Source: a candidate division WOR-3 bacterium (lineage in GTDB: Bacteria; Hydrothermota; Hydrothermia; Hydrothermales; Hydrothermaceae). From it: a DNA stretch of 34,802 nt. The notes below the pieces were generated by a model. That model was not told the origin of the DNA. It made no database searches and saw nothing but the letters and a program-made list of their open reading frames with translations. A program made the position numbers and the translations under genes. Every line of letters starts with the position of its first letter. Positions within the stretch are counted from its first letter, which is position 1. Shown piece by piece: positions 28,604-34,802 of this stretch. Where the stretch lies: positions 1-34,802 of the forward strand of contig JBDRZD010000005.1 of assembly GCA_039803745.1 (NCBI GenBank), written 5' to 3'.

Positions 28604-30391
28604 ATGAAACTTGTTGAATGTGTTCCAAATTTTTCTGAGGGAAGAAATAAAAGGATAATTGATGAAATAGTTAATGAAATTAGTTCTATTGAAGGTATAG
28701 AAATTCTTGATATATCAATGGGATATGAAACAAATAGAACTGTTATCACATTTATAGGAACTCCTGAAAGAGTGAAGGAAGCAGCATTTTTGGGAATTAA
28801 AAAAGCAGTAGAATTAATAGATATGAGAAAACATAAAGGAGCGCATCCGAGAATAGGTGCTGCTGATGTTGTCCCTTTTATCCCTTTAAAAAATGTTTCT
28901 TTTGAAGAATGTATAGAGATTGCAAAGGAAGTTGCAAAAAGGGTTGGTGAAGAATTAAGGATTCCTGTTTATCTTTATGGAAAGGCTGCAACAAAACCTG
29001 AAAGGGAAAATCTTGCAAATATAAGGGAAGGGGAATATGAAGGCTTAAAAGAAAAATTAAAAAGTCCTGAATGGAAACCTGATTATGGACCAAGTGAATT
29101 TAATCCTAAATCAGGTGCAACAATAATTGGTGTTAGAGACTTTTTGATTGCTTATAATATAAATTTGAATACAAGGGAAACAAAGTATGCAACAGATATA
29201 GCCTTTGAATTAAGGGAAAAGGGAAGAAGTGTAAGAAAAGGAAATATAAAACCTTTTTATTATAAAGGTGAAATAGTAAGGTATAAAGAAGATTATTTCC
29301 CCTGCGGAAATTGTGATTTTATAGGAAAAACAATTGATGAAACAGTAAAACATTGTAAAGAGAAACATGGATATGATTTAAAAGAACTCTTAAAGATGCA
29401 TAATATTGATCCAGAAAATCCGATAGGCAAACCTGTTAAAAAACCTGGGAAATTTAAAGAATGTAAGGCAATAGGATGGAAAATACCTGAATATGATAGG
29501 GTTCAGATAAGTATTAATCTTACAAATTATAAAATAACAAATGTGCATCATGTTTATGAAGAAGCAAAAAAACTTGCAGATGAAAGGGGATTAACTGTTA
29601 CAGGAAGTGAAATAGTTGGACTCATTCCCTATGAGGCAATTTTGGAGGCAGGTAAATATTATTTAAAAAAGCAGGGAAAAAGTCTTGGTATCCCTTTAAA
29701 AGATATTCTTGAAACAGCAGTTCAATCTCTCGGTCTAAGAGATGTTTCTTCTTTTGAAATTGAAAAAAAAGTAATCGGGCTTCCAGAAACATTCAAAGCA
29801 GAACTTTTAAATAAAAAGTTGATTGATTTTGTTGACGAAATTTCAAGGGAAAGTCCTTCTCCTGGTGGTGGTTCTGTAAGTGCTTTATGTGCTTCATTAG
29901 CCTCTTCTCTCTCTTTAATGGTTTTAAATCTTTCTTTTGATAGAATAAAGAATAAAAGGGTGAAGGAAAAATTTTATGAAATTTCTGATAAATTAAGGGA
30001 ATTAAAGGAATTCGCCCTTTTAGGTATAGAGAAGGATAAGGAAGCCTTTGAAAAATATCTAAAGGCTTTAAAGGAAAAAAGGGATAAAAAAGAAGCACTT
30101 ATAGAAGCAATAGATGTGCCTTTGAGTATAATGGAAAAATCTGTTGAAATAGTAAAAATTTCTGAATTTGTTTTAAAATATGGAATGAAATCTGCCTTAT
30201 CGGATATTGGCTGCTCCTTCTTAAATCTATATTCTTCCTTTTATGGGGCATATATGAATGTACTCATAAATTTGAAAAATCTTGAAGGGGAAGAAAAGGA
30301 AAAAATTCTGGAAAAAACAAAAAAGATGGAAAAAGAATTTTTAAAGATTTTTAGAAGAAATATAAAGAAAATATTTAAAGAATTAAGTTAA
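28604..30391 (+). CDS. ftcD: Bifunctional glutamate formiminotransferase/formiminotetrahydrofolate cyclodeaminase
   Basis: LVECVPNFSEGR, HKGAHPRIGAADVVPF, IREGEYEGL, LIAYNINL, GSEIVGLIP, then the cyclodeaminase motif SPSPGGGSVSAL...NVLINL. Confidence 0.95.
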   Translation: MKLVECVPNFSEGRNKRIIDEIVNEISSIEGIEILDISMGYETNRTVITFIGTPERVKEAAFLGIKKAVELIDMRKHKGAHPRIGAADVVPFIPLKNVSFEECIEIAKEVAKRVGEELRIPVYLYGKAATKPERENLANIREGEYEGLKEKLKSPEWKPDYGPSEFNPKSGATIIGVRDFLIAYNINLNTRETKYATDIAFELREKGRSVRKGNIKPFYYKGEIVRYKEDYFPCGNCDFIGKTIDETVKHCKEKHGYDLKELLKMHNIDPENPIGKPVKKPGKFKECKAIGWKIPEYDRVQISINLTNYKITNVHHVYEEAKKLADERGLTVTGSEIVGLIPYEAILEAGKYYLKKQGKSLGIPLKDILETAVQSLGLRDVSSFEIEKKVIGLPETFKAELLNKKLIDFVDEISRESPSPGGGSVSALCASLASSLSLMVLNLSFDRIKNKRVKEKFYEISDKLRELKEFALLGIEKDKEAFEKYLKALKEKRDKKEALIEAIDVPLSIMEKSVEIVKISEFVLKYGMKSALSDIGCSFLNLYSSFYGAYMNVLINLKNLEGEEKEKILEKTKKMEKEFLKIFRRNIKKIFKELS

Positions 30392-31027
30392 ATAAATATA
30401 AATTTCTGAGAAAAGCCCTTTTTGCACAAGTTTTATTTTTTTATTCTTTAAAAGCTCCAGAAGGGCAAGAAAATAAACAATCACCTCTATTTTTCTTTTG
30501 CAATTCTGAAAAATTTCTTTAAATCTCAAAGATTTTTTAAATTCTAATTTTTCAATTATTTCTTTCATTTTTTCCTCTATTTTTGGTATATCATCAAAAA
30601 TAATTTTTTCTTCTTTAAATTGAGAAATTATTTCTGTAAATATCTTATAAAGATTGTATGGTTCAATTTTTATCTCTTCTTCCAAAAATACTTCTCTTTT
30701 AAAGAGATTTTCAAAAATTTCTTTTCTTTTTAAAAGAAAATCTGCAATAACACTTATCTTTTCATCATCATCAGTTAAACTTATTAAAATTTCAGAAACC
30801 TCTTCATCCCTTTCTTTTGCTCCTAAAAATCTCAAAATCTTTAAATGTATTAAAAGTGCTATTAAAAGTAAACATTCCATATACTTTTCCAAATCCTTTA
30901 CCCTTTTTTCCTTCAAAAATAAAAAGAATTCTTCGAGTAGTAAAGAAATTGAAATATAAAAAGGGTCAACTTCATTCTTATAAATAAGATCAATCGTATT
31001 TTCCAATTTATTTATAAACTCATCCAC
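30383..31027 (-). CDS. scpA: Segregation and condensation protein A (kleisin)
   Basis: DLIYKNEVDPFYISIS N-terminus and VIVYFLALLELLK...QKGLFSEI winged-helix C-terminus; GTG start. Confidence 0.85.
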   Translation of the reverse strand: MDEFINKLENTIDLIYKNEVDPFYISISLLLEEFFLFLKEKRVKDLEKYMECLLLIALLIHLKILRFLGAKERDEEVSEILISLTDDDEKISVIADFLLKRKEIFENLFKREVFLEEEIKIEPYNLYKIFTEIISQFKEEKIIFDDIPKIEEKMKEIIEKLEFKKSLRFKEIFQNCKRKIEVIVYFLALLELLKNKKIKLVQKGLFSEIYIYLT

Positions 31028-31214
31028 CAGAAATAACCTTTATTATTTCTATTTCATCATCGGGATTTAATTTATCATTTTCAATAAGAACCTTCTTGTC
31101 TTTTATAACAATAACTTCCTCTGATGAAAGTTCTAACCTTTTTAAAAGTTCATATACATTTTCAGGAAAATTTTCATTTATTTCATAAACTTTACCAGAA
31201 AATTTAATTTTCAT
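31020..31214 (-). CDS. ThiS/MoaD-family ubiquitin-like sulfur carrier (TtuB/SAMP2-like)
   Basis: 64 aa, VYELLKRLEL..EEVIV...DEIEIIKVISGG with C-terminal GG. Confidence 0.88.
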   Translation of the reverse strand: MKIKFSGKVYEINENFPENVYELLKRLELSSEEVIVIKDKKVLIENDKLNPDDEIEIIKVISGG

Positions 31215-31221
31215 AATAAAA

Positions 31222-31842
31222 TTATAACTTAAAGGGATTATAAATTACAAAGGGAAATTTTGCTTTCGAAAGATAATATATTTTTTCTTTTTTATAAAAT
31301 AGATAAGATATATAGGCACATATAAAACTATCAAGTTCATCAGGAGTTTGAAATTTAAGTTCATATCCTAAAATTTTTTCAAGAATCCTCTGGAGTTCTT
31401 TAAAAGTTTGAAAATTTCTTTTATATTTCAAAAAATCTTTTAACTCTAAATTGTTTTCATAAAGAATAAGAAAAATTGAAATTGTTGGATGTGTTTCAAT
31501 CACCTTTACTCCTTTTAATGAATTCTTAATTTTTATCCCCCTCTTTGTTAAAATTTTCATTCCAGGTAAAAAGGGAGGAAGAATAAATTTTTTCAAATAT
31601 GAAAGGTTTTTTCTCTCTAAAAATTTCCTCAATTTTTTATCTGAATATCTGAAATAATTTTTTTTAGGAAAGGAAAGAGGAGAATCTATTGCAAGAATAA
31701 CATCTTTTTTTATACTTATAAGTTTTATTATATCATCATCTTCCAAACCTTTATAAACACTTATATCTTTGTCTTCTATAAAACTTAAAACAGTCTTACT
31801 TTTTTGTTTATATCCTGAAAGGTCAAGACCTGCAAATATCAT
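31222..31842 (-). CDS. DUF429-family protein (predicted RNase H-like fold)
   Basis: FAGLDLSG, AIDSPLSFP, R..D..L, IETHPT, DELDSFICA motifs. Confidence 0.8.
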   Translation of the reverse strand: MIFAGLDLSGYKQKSKTVLSFIEDKDISVYKGLEDDDIIKLISIKKDVILAIDSPLSFPKKNYFRYSDKKLRKFLERKNLSYLKKFILPPFLPGMKILTKRGIKIKNSLKGVKVIETHPTISIFLILYENNLELKDFLKYKRNFQTFKELQRILEKILGYELKFQTPDELDSFICAYISYLFYKKEKIYYLSKAKFPFVIYNPFKL

Positions 31843-32414
31843 TTATATTCATATATAAAACCCATTTCAACTCCAAAAAATATTTCAAAATAAGAATGAT
31901 TTCTTGAGATTAAATAATCATAGGGTGCATCAAGGAATGCTCCTGCAATTCTTTTATAATTTGCTCCAAATGCAAATGCAAGATAGCCCGGTTTTTCTTT
32001 TGTCAAAATTAAATGATTTTCAAATCCAAAAGAAATCCCATAGGTTAAGCCTTCAAACCTTTTTGAAATCTTCACAATTTGATTTTCCACACCAAATCCA
32101 ATTAATGGATAAAAGGAAAAAATTTTATTCCCGAATACTTTTGCTCCACCTTCAATCCATCCCTCCTCACTATAAAATTTTGTTTTTGAATTTTCTGAAA
32201 AAATTTGTGAGAATTTACCCCTTATTAAAAAATAATCGGGATGGAAAAAACCCATACCAAAGGAAAATCCAGGTGAAATCTCTTTAAAACCTTCATATCC
32301 ATGATTTTCTATATCCTTTTTTAAAGAAGGATTAAATATATAATTACCATTTCCCCTTATCCCCATTGTTATGCATCCATATAAAAATATAAACAAAAAT
32401 AAAATTTTTTTCAT
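31839..32414 (-). CDS. Hypothetical lipoprotein, outer-membrane beta-barrel-like
   Basis: MKKILFLFIFLYG-C lipobox; amphipathic Gly/aromatic strands; GGAGG SD and ATGA coupling. Confidence 0.65.
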   Translation of the reverse strand: MKKILFLFIFLYGCITMGIRGNGNYIFNPSLKKDIENHGYEGFKEISPGFSFGMGFFHPDYFLIRGKFSQIFSENSKTKFYSEEGWIEGGAKVFGNKIFSFYPLIGFGVENQIVKISKRFEGLTYGISFGFENHLILTKEKPGYLAFAFGANYKRIAGAFLDAPYDYLISRNHSYFEIFFGVEMGFIYEYK

Positions 32415-33040
32415 CTTTCACCTCCTCCTATAACTATCATTCCACCAATAATTGATGCAATTATTCCTTCAGGAGGAACATTAAAGGAATAACCAAAGGA
32501 AATATAAGGTCCATTAAAAAGTTCATAAAAGGAAAATACATATCCACCTCTTAAATAAAAAGAAGTATAAAAATTCTTCTTCCAGAATTTTTTTTCAAAG
32601 GGAATTAAAAATTCACTTCCGATTTCAAAGGCAGGATATCCATAATCAATATGGATTGTTCTTGATATACCCTGAATATCCGCTGAAATTATTCCTCCAC
32701 CAATTCCAAAATATGGATAAAAAATTAATGGCTTTCTCGGAAATGGAATAACTCCGAGTTCAAGAAAGCCCTGTGCATGGGTAAAACGCGTTTCAACTCC
32801 TGCTTCATAATTACCACATATTTTTGATTCACCTGACCATGAATATCCAAGATTTCCTGAAAGTGCTAATAAAACATTTTTCTCCATACTGAATAAACGG
32901 GCTTCGCAGCCAAAAATTTCCTTTGAAGGGTTTGCAGCATCACTTTCTCTTGCTTCTTCTTTAAGTCTTTGAGTATTGGAGTTCATAAAATAAATTCCAC
33001 ATCCCCACATTAACATAAAAAGAATCAAACATTTTTTCAT
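32411..33040 (-). CDS. Hypothetical lipoprotein, outer-membrane beta-barrel-like (probable paralog of the downstream gene)
   Basis: Likely start is ATG 33040 with AGGAGG SD (33050..33045); MKKCLILFMLMWG-C lipobox; FYPYFGIGGG and YISFGYSF strands. Confidence 0.65.
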   Translation of the reverse strand: MKKCLILFMLMWGCGIYFMNSNTQRLKEEARESDAANPSKEIFGCEARLFSMEKNVLLALSGNLGYSWSGESKICGNYEAGVETRFTHAQGFLELGVIPFPRKPLIFYPYFGIGGGIISADIQGISRTIHIDYGYPAFEIGSEFLIPFEKKFWKKNFYTSFYLRGGYVFSFYELFNGPYISFGYSFNVPPEGIIASIIGGMIVIGGGER

Positions 33041-33094
33041 AAAACCTCCTTTTAAATATATTATGAAATTTTTATGCCTGTTTTTAAAAATATT

Positions 33095-33115
33095 TTTGCA
33101 CATAAACTGTGCAAA
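33095..33115. promoter_or_regulatory. Perfect inverted repeat TTTGCACA-N5-TGTGCAAA (operator or hairpin)
   Basis: 8-bp arms at 33095-33102 and 33108-33115 in the intergenic gap upstream of the lipoprotein pair. Confidence 0.5.
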
Positions 33116-33120
33116 CAAAA

Positions 33121-33960
33121 TCAAAAGTATTCAAAAATTGGGTCACAGGAAATTGTATCTTTTAATTCAAAAAATCCTTCCCTGCAAATTCCAAATTTCA
33201 AATTATATTTTTTAACAATATTTTTAATCTTAAAAAGCATTTCAAATCTTTTCTCTTTTTTAATATATCTATAACCCCTTATTTTATTCTCATCAAAATC
33301 CATTTTTATATTTTTAAAAACCTCTTTTAATCTCTTGAAATTATCGGGTTTTGCTTTATATGTTGAAACAGAAACCATATTTATATAAGGAGATATTTCT
33401 TTTAAAAAATCATCTATTAAATCATAATCATCGTTTATTCCAGGGATTATAGGGTCTATTCTTATACATAAAGGGATTTTATATTTTGAAACTTCTTTTA
33501 TTGCATAAATTCTTTCAGAAGGTAAGGGTGCATCTGGTTCAAGTTTTTTTGCGATATCGTTTAAGGGTGTTGTAATTGTAATACTTATTGTTGCTTTCAT
33601 ATCCTTTAAAATATCAACATCCCTTAAAAAAATAGGAGATTTTGTAATTATTGAAACCTTAAAATCGTTTTCCCTTAATATTTCAAGAATCCTTCTTGTT
33701 ATCTTTAATTTTTCTTCAATTTTTGGATAAGGATCAGAACTGTTTGATATTGAAAATGGTAAATTTTTATCAAGTTTTTTTAATTTATTCTCAAAACTTT
33801 TAAAATTTATATTTTTAACCCTTAAATTGAATCCATCCTTTACATAACCTGTTATATAACAGTATAAGCAATGATGCATGCATCCTGTATATGGATTTAA
33901 AGTATATTTCTTTTTACATGTGCAAAGACCACCTTTCCATGGATCAAAAATGTTTATCAT
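33121..33960 (-). CDS. Radical SAM protein, SplB/Rv2578c-like
   Basis: LNPYTGCMHHCLYCY (CxxxCxxC), SNSSDPYP, IITKS, LEPDAP, RIDPIIP; extra N-terminal LCTC. Confidence 0.85.
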   Translation of the reverse strand: MINIFDPWKGGLCTCKKKYTLNPYTGCMHHCLYCYITGYVKDGFNLRVKNINFKSFENKLKKLDKNLPFSISNSSDPYPKIEEKLKITRRILEILRENDFKVSIITKSPIFLRDVDILKDMKATISITITTPLNDIAKKLEPDAPLPSERIYAIKEVSKYKIPLCIRIDPIIPGINDDYDLIDDFLKEISPYINMVSVSTYKAKPDNFKRLKEVFKNIKMDFDENKIRGYRYIKKEKRFEMLFKIKNIVKKYNLKFGICREGFFELKDTISCDPIFEYF

Positions 33961-34799
33961 ATATTTTTTAAAAAATTTGAAACCCCTATAAGAATTTCCT
34001 TCATTTTTCCATAATCAAGTTTTTCATAAGTATCAAGATTTGTATGATAATAGGGATTTCTATAAAAAGCAGTATCTGTTATCATACATGCCTTAAATCC
34101 ATTCTTATAAAAACTCCAGTTATCTGAAAAGTCAATTCCGGGAACAAAAAATGGTGATGCGTAAAGGTATTCACAGTTTATCTTTGAATATTTTTTTATA
34201 CCTTCAGCAATATTTTTAACAAGATTTTTTGATTTTAAATTTCCAACAACCCCTATAAAATCACCTTTATCAGGATATTTAAAGTTTAAAAAAAGAGGAT
34301 AACTCTGTGAATTTTTTTTAGAAGAAAAATAACCAACCGATTCAAAACATATCATACCTTCTATTTTATATTTCTCTTTTTTTAAAAATTTTGCAAAAAC
34401 ATAAGAACCCATAATTTCTGTCTGAAAAAATGGTGGCTCTTCATTTGGGAAAAAAGAAAATATTATACCATAATTTAAATTTTCATCTTTTAGAATTTCT
34501 GAAATTAAAAGATTTATTGCAACACCTGATGCATTGTCATCAGCACCTTTTGAACCAATCACTGTATCATAATGGGAACCAAGAACAATAAAACTTTCTC
34601 CTTTCCCTTTTTTTATAACATATATATTTTCAAATTCTTTTTCATCAATTTTATAATCCAAAACATTAACTTTATAATTTTTTGAAAGAAAATCCTTTAT
34701 ATAATCTGAACATTTTTTTAAATTTTCATATTTCCAGAAATTCCTCTCACCTATTTTTTCTGAAATAAAAAACACAATCTCTTTTAACCTTTCCTCCAT
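33957..34799 (-). CDS. M28 family metallopeptidase
   Basis: GSHYDT, GADDNASGVA, NEEPPFF, FSDNWSF, YRNPYYHT..D; the start lies at the window edge and could extend further. Confidence 0.88.
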   Translation of the reverse strand: MEERLKEIVFFISEKIGERNFWKYENLKKCSDYIKDFLSKNYKVNVLDYKIDEKEFENIYVIKKGKGESFIVLGSHYDTVIGSKGADDNASGVAINLLISEILKDENLNYGIIFSFFPNEEPPFFQTEIMGSYVFAKFLKKEKYKIEGMICFESVGYFSSKKNSQSYPLFLNFKYPDKGDFIGVVGNLKSKNLVKNIAEGIKKYSKINCEYLYASPFFVPGIDFSDNWSFYKNGFKACMITDTAFYRNPYYHTNLDTYEKLDYGKMKEILIGVSNFLKNI

Positions 34800-34802
34800 T
34801 TT

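Noticed and set aside
33064..33080. Sigma54-like promoter AGGCATAAAAATTTCA on the minus strand
   Set aside because: It lacks the near-invariant G of the -12 GC, and the palindrome is too close to act as a typical enhancer; a sigma70-type reading fits as well.
33041..33124. N-terminal extensions given by the ORF track (33124, also 25616 and 3931)
   Set aside because: SD position, signal peptides and stop/start coupling favour ATG 33040, ATG 25652 and ATG 3946.
2016..33274. Numerous short ORFs of 60-162 aa antisense to, or nested in, the long genes (e.g. 3013..3501, 12440..12856, 15992..16411, 24741..25034, 31904..32287)
   Set aside because: They lie within well-supported genes, show no recognisable motifs, and have the composition expected of shadow frames.
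1..34802. CRISPR array, prophage, IS element, integrase or defence system
   Set aside because: I saw no regularly spaced repeats, no intergenic room and no such protein motifs; the tRNAs are flanked by core genes.

Overview
AT-rich, very densely packed chromosomal segment from a diderm bacterium that is probably anaerobic and thermophilic. The gene style (PorV/PorQ-type barrel, class II RNR, Na+-PPase, several archaeal-type enzymes) resembles FCB-adjacent candidate lineages such as WOR-3, but that assignment is inference only. It holds about 33 mostly housekeeping genes (PMM/PGM, ahcY, nrdJ, pncB, mgtE, tldD, pyrK-pyrD-pyrF, glmM, dnaX, pyrB, hppA, pth, rplY, prs, speD, PTPS/queD-like, ftcd, scpA) and four intact tRNAs (Leu-TAG, Ala-CGC, Phe-GAA, Thr-CGT). 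I saw no integrase, transposase, CRISPR array or defence system. The most notable observations are: (1) an S-adenosylmethionine decarboxylase fused in frame to a free methionine-R-sulfoxide reductase-like GAF domain; (2) a C2H2 zinc-finger insertion in glutamate formiminotransferase; (3) six clear TTGAAA-like/-10 promoters that all have an 18-nt spacer, two of them leaderless; (4) a decayed tRNA-Phe copy between tRNA-Phe and tRNA-Thr; (5) pth split at an A9 slippery run; (6) a PTPS paralog with Glu and no catalytic Cys; (7) tRNAs abutting CDSs like punctuation marks. All family calls come from motif recognition by eye; no database searches were run.
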